From NCBI GenBank assembly GCA_020627645.1, contig JAHDGN010000003.1, positions 1 to 32,029 on the forward strand: DNA of 32,029 nucleotides. The letters are read 5' to 3'. Shown here in pieces: positions 24,742 to 32,029 of the stretch. The notes under the pieces were generated by a model. That model was not told the origin of the DNA. It did no database searches and worked only from the letters and a program-made list of their open reading frames with translations. Each line of letters starts with the position of its first letter. Positions within the stretch are counted from its first letter, which is position 1. The DNA is from Akkermansiaceae bacterium. Its GTDB lineage: Bacteria > Verrucomicrobiota > Verrucomicrobiia > Verrucomicrobiales > Akkermansiaceae. The translations under genes and the position numbers were made by a program.

Positions 24742-27051
24742 ATGAGGTTTTTATTCTTGTTTTTGCTCATTTGCGGATCCGTGACCGCAGATGAATTTTT
24801 TCGGGATGAGATTGAGCCTTTACTGCAGGATTATTGTTATGATTGTCATGGGGACGGGGCTCAGAAGGGGGGATTTGTGATGGATGAGTATGAGGATTTG
24901 GCGAAACACTTAGGAGATGTGAAGCATTGGGAGCCGGTTTGGAGGAATTTGCGGTCTCAGATCATGCCCCCTTCGGGTGAGGATCAACCGGATTTGAAGG
25001 AGCGTAAAAAGTTGATGAAGTGGATTGAAGGGATGGTTTTCAAGTTAGATCCTGAGAGGCCGGATCCGGGACGGGTGACCATTCGTCGTTTAAACCGGAT
25101 GGAGTATCATCATGCGGTGAAGGATTTGTTGGGGGTCGATTTTAAGACTTGGGAGAACTTTCCTGCTGATGATACCGGTTATGGATTTGATACAATTGGG
25201 GATGTCCTGACTATTTCTCCATTACACATGGAGAAATATTTAGAGGCTGCGGAGTTGATCGCGAGAAAGGCTCTACCAGTGGGGTTGAAAAAAGAGATGC
25301 CAGTTTTGAAACGTTGGCCGGGGAATTTCAGAATGGTTGATCGTCCGAAGAAGCAGCGGAATTGGGCGAGTCTTGAAGCAGGGGGGAAGGTTTTTGTGGA
25401 ATTCCAGGTGCCTGTTGATGGTGACTACGAGGTGGAGTTAGACTATACGGTTGATGGTGCGACCGGATACACTGAGGAGACAGGACATTTTGAATTCTGG
25501 GTCGGCGATCGGTTGTTGGGTAAGCGGAATTTGGGGTGGGATCAACGTAGTAAGCAGCTTCTAAAGAGGAGCGTTAAGTTGAAGAAAGGGAAGAGGAAGA
25601 TCGAGCTGAGAGTGTTTCCGGGCAAGAAGGTTGGTCAGGGGCAGGAGAAGCAGAAAGTTGTGTTTCGAGGGGTGCGCTTGCGTGGCCCGAAGGATGGTCG
25701 TCTAAATCAGTATTCGTCGAGTTATCGTAAGGTCATGATTGATGGAGAGCCTCCGAAGGGGAAGAAGGAGCGAAAGGTTTATGCTGGAAAGATTTTAAAG
25801 AAATTGGCTCGGAGAATTTATCGACGAGAGGTGGATCGGAGAACTCTTGAAAAATTGGTTCAAATGGTGATGGAGGTTGATTCTGCAAAGGGGAAAAAGT
25901 TTGAAGATGGGATTCGTCAGGCATTGACTGCGCTTTTAGCCTCGCCGAGATTTTTGTTTCGTGCGGAGATCCAGCCTAGACCAAATGATCGAGGGAAAGT
26001 TGTCGATTTGGATGAGTTTGTTTTGGCCTCGCGTCTTTCGTTTTTTCTTTGGAACTCGGTTCCTGATGACGAGCTGTTGGATTTGGCGAAGGGGGGAAGA
26101 TTACGAAAGAATTTGAGGAAGCAGGTGGATCGAATGTTGAGCGATTGGCGCTCAAGACGGTTTGTGGATCAGTTTGTGGGACAGTGGTTACAGGCAAGGG
26201 ACGTGACTACCGTTCCTGTGGATGCTCGAAGGATCTTGAAAGTTGATGGGCGGGGAGCGAATCAGAAATTTGGTGGGGATGTGAGGTGGGCGATGAAGGG
26301 GGAGACTGAGGCGATGTTTGAGTATGTTTTAAAGGAGAATCGTCCGGCTGAGGAGTTGATTTCGGCAAAGTATAGTTTCTTGAATGAACGGTTGGCAAAA
26401 TTTTATGGGGTGAAGGGGGTCGTTGGAGAGGAGATGAGGTATGTCGATTTGAAGGATTATCCTGAAAGAGGTGGGATCTTAGGGCAGGGGACGTTTTTGG
26501 TGGTGACGTCGAATCCTACGAGAACTTCGCCAGTGAAACGTGGGTTGTTTGTGTTGGATCATTTGTTGGGAACTCCTGCTCCTCCGGCGCCACCCGGAAT
26601 TCCGGAGCTAGAGGAGGCTGCGCATGGAAAGAAGAAAAAGCTCACGATGAGAGAGATGATGGAAGTTCATCGCAAAAAGGCGATTTGTGCGAGTTGTCAT
26701 CAACGGATGGATCCGATCGGGTTGGGGTTGGAGAATTTTAATGCTCTAGGGATGTATCGAGAAAAAGAGAGGGGGAAGCCGATTGATACGGCGGGTCGCT
26801 TAGTGACCGGAGAGAGATTTCGGAATTTGCCTGAACTTAAGAAGGTTTTGGCGTCGTCTAGAAGGACTGATTTTTATCGATGCCTGAGTGAAAAATTGCT
26901 TACCTATGCGATTGGTCGAGGTATGGAATACTACGATGCCACTACCATTGATTTGTTGGTAAAGAGTTTGGAGTCTCGGGGGGGGAGTTTGAAGGAGCTG
27001 GTTCACGCGGTTGTGGAGTCAGCTCCTTTTCAACAGAGGCGAGGAGGGTGA
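24742..27051 (+). CDS. PVC-type haem-motif protein of the DUF1587/DUF1592/DUF1595/DUF1588/DUF1585 family
   Basis: Signal peptide, then FFRDEIEPLLQDYCYDCHG (CxxCH at 24835..24849). The 769-aa architecture and the C-terminal segment CASCHQRMDPIGLGLENF...LLTYAIGR are typical of this family. It is followed by a DUF1552-type gene. Confidence 0.8.
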   Translation: MRFLFLFLLICGSVTADEFFRDEIEPLLQDYCYDCHGDGAQKGGFVMDEYEDLAKHLGDVKHWEPVWRNLRSQIMPPSGEDQPDLKERKKLMKWIEGMVFKLDPERPDPGRVTIRRLNRMEYHHAVKDLLGVDFKTWENFPADDTGYGFDTIGDVLTISPLHMEKYLEAAELIARKALPVGLKKEMPVLKRWPGNFRMVDRPKKQRNWASLEAGGKVFVEFQVPVDGDYEVELDYTVDGATGYTEETGHFEFWVGDRLLGKRNLGWDQRSKQLLKRSVKLKKGKRKIELRVFPGKKVGQGQEKQKVVFRGVRLRGPKDGRLNQYSSSYRKVMIDGEPPKGKKERKVYAGKILKKLARRIYRREVDRRTLEKLVQMVMEVDSAKGKKFEDGIRQALTALLASPRFLFRAEIQPRPNDRGKVVDLDEFVLASRLSFFLWNSVPDDELLDLAKGGRLRKNLRKQVDRMLSDWRSRRFVDQFVGQWLQARDVTTVPVDARRILKVDGRGANQKFGGDVRWAMKGETEAMFEYVLKENRPAEELISAKYSFLNERLAKFYGVKGVVGEEMRYVDLKDYPERGGILGQGTFLVVTSNPTRTSPVKRGLFVLDHLLGTPAPPAPPGIPELEEAAHGKKKKLTMREMMEVHRKKAICASCHQRMDPIGLGLENFNALGMYREKERGKPIDTAGRLVTGERFRNLPELKKVLASSRRTDFYRCLSEKLLTYAIGRGMEYYDATTIDLLVKSLESRGGSLKELVHAVVESAPFQQRRGG

Positions 27052-27052
27052 T

Positions 27053-27268
27053 TTAATCCTCTTTTTTCTCGTAGCTCCGAGAGCTCGAGCTTCTAGCGCT
27101 TGAAGAGCGGTCGGAATATTTGTCTCGCCAACTGCTTCCTTCAAATGAGGTGCATGAATCTGTTCCGTAGTCGTCGTTATCGCTTAACATGCTTTCAATC
27201 AGGGATTCAGTGGTGATGGAGCAGCTTGTCAGAACTGGAAGAGAGAGTAGGAGTAGAACTTTTTTCAA
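27053..27268 (-). CDS. Possible small Ser-rich lipoprotein (71 aa)
   Basis: A TTG start gives MKKVLLLLSLPVLTSCS, with a canonical L-T-S-C lipobox. The tail is acidic and Ser-rich. Its stop is 1 nt from the convergent stop of 24742..27051. There is no ATG start and no visible SD sequence. Confidence 0.4.
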   Translation of the reverse strand: MKKVLLLLSLPVLTSCSITTESLIESMLSDNDDYGTDSCTSFEGSSWRDKYSDRSSSARSSSSRSYEKKED

Positions 27269-27380
27269 AACTTTTTGATGCGTTGGTTATGAAGAAGCTA
27301 ATAGCGTCGGTAGTCCTCTTTTCAAGGCCTAGTTGGCGATTTATTGTATGAAAATAGCGAGATTGTTGGTATAAGGTTCC

Positions 27381-28742
27381 ATGTCTGATCAGAAAATTAA
27401 TCGTCGCAATTTTTTGAGAGGAATCGGGGCCGCGGTTGCTTTGCCGTCTTTTGAGTCTTTGGGTTCGATTCCTGGTGTTGTGGGTAAAACGGCCAAGGCA
27501 GGAATGACGTCCACTGGTGCGCCCCTTAGAATGGCGTATCTCTACATTCCGAATGGGGTTAATCTGGAGCATTGGCGGGTGAGGGGAGAGGGGAAGAATT
27601 TTGAGTTCGGCAAGACGATGGAGGGATTGGAGGGAATGAAGGATGATTTGCAGGTTTATACTGGATTTGCTCACAAGCATGCGACGGGTGGAAAAGATGG
27701 GGCAGGTGATCATGCTCGGAGTGGAGCGACATTTTTGACAGGGCAGAGAGCGAAGAAAACGGCGGGCTCTGACATTCGGGTTGGAATGTCGGTTGATCAG
27801 GTGGCCGCTCAGACGGTTGGAGATGTCACGAGGTTTTCGTCATTGGAGTTGACCTGTGATGGGGTTCGAAAGTCGGGAAGCTGTGATTCGGGGTATTCCT
27901 GCGCTTACCAGTATAATCTGTCATGGCGGACGGAGAGTCAGCCCAATACTCCAGAAGCGAACCCGAGACTGGTTTTTGAAAGGTTGTTTGGTGCTGGAAC
28001 TGGGAAAGATCGTGAGCGGAGTTTGGCGCAGAGGCGGGAATCAAAGCAGTCGATTTTAGATTTTATTTCTGATGACGCGAAGTTAATGCATCGGAAACTG
28101 GGTCGGAATGACCAGCAGAAGCTTGATGAGTATTTAACTGGGGTGAGGGAGATTGAGCGGCAAATTGAGAAAGCGGAGTCGTTTGGACCCGTTCCTGACC
28201 CAGGAGTGGATGCTCCATTAGGAAAGCCAAAAGACTATCAGGAACACATGCGATTGTTGATGGATATGATGGTCTTGGCTTTTCAGACTGATAGTACGAG
28301 GATTTCTACTTTTTTGTTGGCCCATGATGGTAGCAACCGATCGTTCAAGCAGATTGGTGTTTCCGGGGGACATCACAGTTTATCTCATCACCGAAAAAAG
28401 AAGGAGAATTTGGAAAAAATTCAAAGGATTGATGAGTTTTACATTTCTCAGTTGGCTTATCTTTTGGAGCGGATGAAAGCAGTAAAGGATGTGGACGGGC
28501 AGTCCTTGCTTCATAATTCGATGATTGTCTATGGGAGTGGTATTTCGGATGGAGATCGTCATAACCATCATGATCTGCCTATCATTGTCGCTGGAAACGG
28601 TGGTGGTAAATTCGATACTGGGAGACATGTGGATTTGAAGCAGGAGGTTCCACTCTCCAATTTGTACGTCCGAATGTTGAATGAATTTGGTGTGCAGGCT
28701 GATCGTTTCGGTGATTCGACAGAAGCATTGAAAAATATTTGA
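27381..28742 (+). CDS. DUF1552-type protein with a twin-arginine (Tat) signal
   Basis: MSDQKINRRNFLRGIGAAVALPSF is a Tat motif. The length, and segments such as TFLLAHDGSNRSF, GHHSLSHH and DLPIIVAG, resemble the PVC DUF1552 family as I recall it. Confidence 0.8.
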   Translation: MSDQKINRRNFLRGIGAAVALPSFESLGSIPGVVGKTAKAGMTSTGAPLRMAYLYIPNGVNLEHWRVRGEGKNFEFGKTMEGLEGMKDDLQVYTGFAHKHATGGKDGAGDHARSGATFLTGQRAKKTAGSDIRVGMSVDQVAAQTVGDVTRFSSLELTCDGVRKSGSCDSGYSCAYQYNLSWRTESQPNTPEANPRLVFERLFGAGTGKDRERSLAQRRESKQSILDFISDDAKLMHRKLGRNDQQKLDEYLTGVREIERQIEKAESFGPVPDPGVDAPLGKPKDYQEHMRLLMDMMVLAFQTDSTRISTFLLAHDGSNRSFKQIGVSGGHHSLSHHRKKKENLEKIQRIDEFYISQLAYLLERMKAVKDVDGQSLLHNSMIVYGSGISDGDRHNHHDLPIIVAGNGGGKFDTGRHVDLKQEVPLSNLYVRMLNEFGVQADRFGDSTEALKNI

Positions 28743-28757
28743 TCAGGGAAGTCGGGC

Positions 28758-28790
28758 AAAAAAAACCCGCTTCGGTTGGTGCCGAGCGGG
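28758..28790 (-). terminator. Rho-independent terminator for the glycine-zipper lipoprotein gene
   Basis: The stem is CCCGCT(T)CGG / CCGAGCGGG (28766..28790) with a 6-nt loop. On the minus strand it is followed by T8 (A8 at 28758..28765 on the plus strand). Confidence 0.7.
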
Positions 28791-28815
28791 TGAGGAAACC
28801 GTTGAACGTTATCAA

Positions 28816-29229
28816 TTAGTTGGGGACAACGAAGATTTGTTGGGTAGTGGGGTCTTTGGCAAGATCGCCGGGTTTGAACGCGCTGACTCTTACTTTGTTG
28901 TAGGGTTTGTATGGGCTCACAACGACTGTCGGGTCTTGGGTGCGAGTTGCGGTGGGGTAATTGACTGGGGCTGGTGTATTGCCTTGTGGGGTGGTGTAGG
29001 TCCCGCCTGGATTGTTTTGGTGCTCGCGATAGGCTTTGTATCCTGCTCCTGCAGCAGCTCCTACAGCGGCAGCTTTGAAAATGTTTTTAGTGTCACCTCC
29101 TGTCATGGCGCTGACAGCGGCTCCAGCAGCTGCTCCACCTAGGGCGTATTGTTGTTGAGCGGGTGAGCAGGAAACCATGGCGAGTGCGCCAGCGGCGGAG
29201 AGGGTTGCGATTATTTTGGTTGCTTTCAT
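28816..29229 (-). CDS. Glycine-zipper lipoprotein, function unknown
   Basis: ATG start with MKATKIIATLSAAGALAMVSC. The Gly/Ala zipper is GGAAAGAAVSAMTGG...AAAVGAAAGAG. A terminator follows. Confidence 0.75.
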   Translation of the reverse strand: MKATKIIATLSAAGALAMVSCSPAQQQYALGGAAAGAAVSAMTGGDTKNIFKAAAVGAAAGAGYKAYREHQNNPGGTYTTPQGNTPAPVNYPTATRTQDPTVVVSPYKPYNKVRVSAFKPGDLAKDPTTQQIFVVPN

Positions 29230-29303
29230 GATAGTATGTAACGGACTTGCTAGATTGCTTATTCAATTTTGCCTTATTTTAGGGGAAGAAGCTACGAAGA
29301 AAT

Positions 29304-31559
29304 TTGGGAAAGTTAGATGATTTTGGAGAGTTTTCCTTTCAAGATCGAATTTATGTTGGTTCGTTAGTTGCGTTAGCAACCGTGATCTTTGTGAGAGTGA
29401 GAGAATTTCGTCTGTTTTTTTTAGGTTTGTTGTTGAGCCTAGGGCATGTTTCGGGGGAGCCCATTGTAAGTGGAATGGATCTGAGTGCCCATGGTGGGCA
29501 TGTTTTGATTGGGGAGTTGAGTTGTGTTTCTTGCCACCAAGGAGATTTTGAATCTAAAGGTGGGCCCGTTTTGGACAAGGTTGGGGAAAGGGTTCGGCAT
29601 GATTATTTGGTGCGCTTTTTAGCCAAACCTCACTCGGTCAAGCCGGGAACGACGATGCCTGATGTTTTTCATGGTCTGAGCGAGAAAGAGCGAAAAGAAA
29701 AGGCATTGGCGTTGACTGAGTATTTGGTTTCTTTGGGAACTGGACATGTCGAGGGTGGCGAGATCCAGTTGGAGGCGGTTGAAAGGGGTAAGGTTTTGTA
29801 TGAATCGGTGGGGTGTGCGGCTTGTCATGATCCTGAGGGGAAGGAGATTGCGGGGTCGGTTCCATTGCTGGGATTGGAGAAGAAGTATGGCTTAGGAAGT
29901 TTACGGGAATTTTTGAAGGATCCGCTCAAGGTGAGGCCATCGGGACGGATGCCTGATATGAAGCTGACCCACGAGGAGGCTGAGGATTTAGCTGCTTATT
30001 TATTGCGAGGGCAGAAGGCGAAGAAGATTGAGCCGATGAAGGCGATGGGATTGTTGGAGAAAGGACGGGAGATTTATCAGGAGGTTGGTTGTGCCCAGTG
30101 CCATGGGGGAGAGGGGGAAAAAAAGGTCATGGGCCCTGATTTAAAATCATTGGTCTTAAAAGACGACTGTGGGGGAGTTCGCTACGGTCTCTCTGACAAG
30201 CAGGTGGGGCTATTGAAGGAAGTTGTCGGTGTCGAACCTGTCCAACTGAAATTGGAGGAAAAGGTTGGTGTGCACCTAGCACAAATGAACTGTGTTGCCT
30301 GTCATGAGAGGGGGGGCTTTGGTGGTGTGATGCCTGCGCGGGATGAGTATTTTAAGACAACAAATTTGAACTTAGGCGAGCAGGCTCGTATTCCGCCCAA
30401 ATTGGATTTGGTAGGAGCTAAATTGAAGAGTGGTTGGATGAGAAAGGTGTTGGTGGGTGGTGAAGAGGTGAGGCCTTATATGACAACTCGGATGCCGAGG
30501 CATGGGGTAGACAATGTTGAAAAATTGTTAGAGTGGCTTCCGAAGGTTGATCGGCTTGAGGAAGTGAAGATTGATAAGATTGCGAAGTTGAGGGATGCCC
30601 ATGATGCTGGTTACCAGCTTTTAGGTTCGAAAGGCTTATCCTGTATTTCTTGTCATACTTATTTGGGTGAGAGTGGCACGACTTTGGCTGGGTTGGAGAT
30701 GACGAGTATGGCTTCGAGGTTACAGGAGAATTGGTTCCATCAATTCATGAGGGACCCTTCTAAATTTCAGCAAGGAACGATCATGCCGAGTTTCTGGCCG
30801 GGGGGGAAAGCGGTGAGGAAGGATGTCTTGGAAGGGAATTCAAGTCGTCAAATTGATGCCATTTGGCAGTATTTGGAAAGAGGAAGAGAGGGGAGAACTC
30901 CTCAGGGGGTGAAGCGTGAGCCGATTTATTTTGGGCCAACAGGTGAGGATCCTGTGGTCTTCCGAAGGCAGTATCATGGGATTGGAAAACGGGGAATTGG
31001 GGTAGGCTATCCGGGAGGGATGAATTTGTCCTTTTGTGCTCAGCAGTTGCGGGTGGGGACGATTTGGAAGGGCAAGTTTGGCGAAATGTCGGGTGTTTGG
31101 AGAGGTCAGGGTTCAGGAAATGTGAATGAACAAAGTCGTCAAAAGGTGAGGTTTCCCGAAGGTCCGGCTTTTGTGAGGTTGGAGGATGGTTTGAAAACGG
31201 CTTGGCCAATCTTGGAGAAGGGGAAGCGAGTTGAGGGATTTCGATTTTTGGGATATGATTTGGATCAGAAGAGGCGACCGGTATTTCGGTACGTGATTGG
31301 GGAAGTGACGGTGGAAGATTCTTTTGTCGATGAGGTTGGTCATCTTACCAGGGCGTTGAAATTTGACGGGGAAACGAAGGGGTGGTTTTTCCGCATCGCT
31401 GCCGATCAGAAATTGGAAAAAATCGAAGGAGGGGTGAGGTTGCCCGGCGGCTTGGAGGTTCTGGCTGTAGGAATTGTTGTTCGCGATCGTGGAGGTGTCC
31501 GTGAAGGCGTTATCGATTTAGTGGGTCAAAAAAGTGTGAAAGTCATTTATAAGTTTTAG
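29304..31559 (+). CDS. Multi-haem c-type cytochrome (five CxxCH motifs) with a C-terminal domain of unknown function
   Basis: CxxCH motifs lie at 29523, 29814, 30090, 30291 and 30642 (CVSCH, CAACH, CAQCH, CVACH, CISCH). Four are followed by a (T/R/I)MP segment that could supply the Met ligand. The start is uncertain: TTG at 29304, while a GTG at 29391 gives a cleaner signal peptide, (M)RVREFRLFFLGLLLSLGHVSG. Confidence 0.8.
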   Translation: MGKLDDFGEFSFQDRIYVGSLVALATVIFVRVREFRLFFLGLLLSLGHVSGEPIVSGMDLSAHGGHVLIGELSCVSCHQGDFESKGGPVLDKVGERVRHDYLVRFLAKPHSVKPGTTMPDVFHGLSEKERKEKALALTEYLVSLGTGHVEGGEIQLEAVERGKVLYESVGCAACHDPEGKEIAGSVPLLGLEKKYGLGSLREFLKDPLKVRPSGRMPDMKLTHEEAEDLAAYLLRGQKAKKIEPMKAMGLLEKGREIYQEVGCAQCHGGEGEKKVMGPDLKSLVLKDDCGGVRYGLSDKQVGLLKEVVGVEPVQLKLEEKVGVHLAQMNCVACHERGGFGGVMPARDEYFKTTNLNLGEQARIPPKLDLVGAKLKSGWMRKVLVGGEEVRPYMTTRMPRHGVDNVEKLLEWLPKVDRLEEVKIDKIAKLRDAHDAGYQLLGSKGLSCISCHTYLGESGTTLAGLEMTSMASRLQENWFHQFMRDPSKFQQGTIMPSFWPGGKAVRKDVLEGNSSRQIDAIWQYLERGREGRTPQGVKREPIYFGPTGEDPVVFRRQYHGIGKRGIGVGYPGGMNLSFCAQQLRVGTIWKGKFGEMSGVWRGQGSGNVNEQSRQKVRFPEGPAFVRLEDGLKTAWPILEKGKRVEGFRFLGYDLDQKRRPVFRYVIGEVTVEDSFVDEVGHLTRALKFDGETKGWFFRIAADQKLEKIEGGVRLPGGLEVLAVGIVVRDRGGVREGVIDLVGQKSVKVIYKF

Positions 31560-31563
31560 GATC

Positions 31564-32029
31564 ATGAAGAGAATTATGGTGATTGGGAGTTTCTTTGGAG
31601 GTCTTGTATTTGGTGCAGAACCTTTGGGGGACGAATGGGGGACGGCAGAGAGGGAAAGGGAGTATTATCGTATTGTCGAGATCGCCCCCCCTGCTGGTAA
31701 GATGATTGAAGCTGGTTCGTTTGAGACGATGCCAGATGGTCGGATTGCGGTGGGAACGCGGCGAGGTGATGTTTTTTTAGTCGATGGTTTGTCGGACCAG
31801 AATCCAAGGCCTAAATTCGTGAAGTATGCCTCAGGTATGGACGAGTTGTTGGGCTTGTCTTTGAAGGATGGGGTGCTTTATGCGACGCATGCGGCGGAGG
31901 TGACGAAGTTGGTTGATCGTGATGCTGATGGTGTGATTGACCGATACGAGACGTTTAATGATTCTTGGGGTTTTTGGCACTACCATGAGTTTGCGATGGT
32001 ATCGAAGTTTGATCAGGAGGGAAATCTTT
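31564..32029 (+). CDS. 5' part of a secreted beta-propeller protein (glucose/sorbosone-dehydrogenase-like, DUF7133-type partner of PVC cytochromes); truncated by the window end
   Basis: ATG lies 4 nt after the previous stop. My translation has no stops through 155 codons: MKRIMVIGSFFGGLVFGAEP...YYRIVEIAPPAGKMIEAGSFETMPDGRIAVGTRRGDVFLVDG...LYATHAAEVTKLVDRDADGV. It is not in the ORF track because no stop is reached. Confidence 0.7.
   Translation, partial: MKRIMVIGSFFGGLVFGAEPLGDEWGTAEREREYYRIVEIAPPAGKMIEAGSFETMPDGRIAVGTRRGDVFLVDGLSDQNPRPKFVKYASGMDELLGLSLKDGVLYATHAAEVTKLVDRDADGVIDRYETFNDSWGFWHYHEFAMVSKFDQEGNL

Noticed and set aside
27207-27713. 168-aa minus-strand ORF overlapping the start of the DUF1552-type gene and the small lipoprotein ORF
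   Set aside because: It overlaps a well-supported Tat-signal CDS on the opposite strand. It has no signal or domain features, so it is most likely spurious.
1-32029. Whole-window scan for defence systems, toxin-antitoxin pairs, prophage or transposon genes, integrases, CRISPR arrays, rRNA and tRNA
   Set aside because: By eye I recognised no nuclease, helicase, methylase, recombinase or phage-structural motifs, and no repeat-spacer arrays or tRNA-like sequences in the spacers. Absence is based on visual inspection only. An HMM scan (for example DefenseFinder or PADLOC, tRNAscan-SE, Infernal/Rfam) would be the decisive check.

Overview
This 32-kb chromosomal window looks like a PVC-superphylum genome, most likely Verrucomicrobiota. 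That guess rests on family content only: two PEP-CTERM proteins, a haem-motif DUF1592-type protein paired with a Tat-signal DUF1552-type protein, and a multi-haem cytochrome c followed by a beta-propeller gene. Mixed in are ordinary core genes: an RpoD-like sigma factor, hisG, leuB, dacB, rlmN, tdh-kbl, and OmpA-like and glycine-zipper lipoproteins. I found no rRNA, tRNA, CRISPR array, transposase or integrase, and no recognisable defence genes. The least ordinary region is a minus-strand operon at 293..6524. It holds tandem paralogous giant secreted esterases (SASA/'GQSNM' type) carrying three copies of a ~200-aa module I cannot assign. One paralog is split by a 1-nt frameshift within 5310..5364. 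Other points: a 31-codon bS22/AURKAIP1-like ORF at 8533..8628 that is too short for the ORF track; a 1228-aa multidomain secreted protein behind a perfect 26-bp palindrome; a translationally coupled MOSC-DUF2288-rlmN string; and a small antisense lipoprotein ORF wedged inside the DUF1592/DUF1552 pair. I do not see a clear-cut novel 'system'. The candidates are scored modestly, and all family names come from recognising motifs by eye, not from searches.
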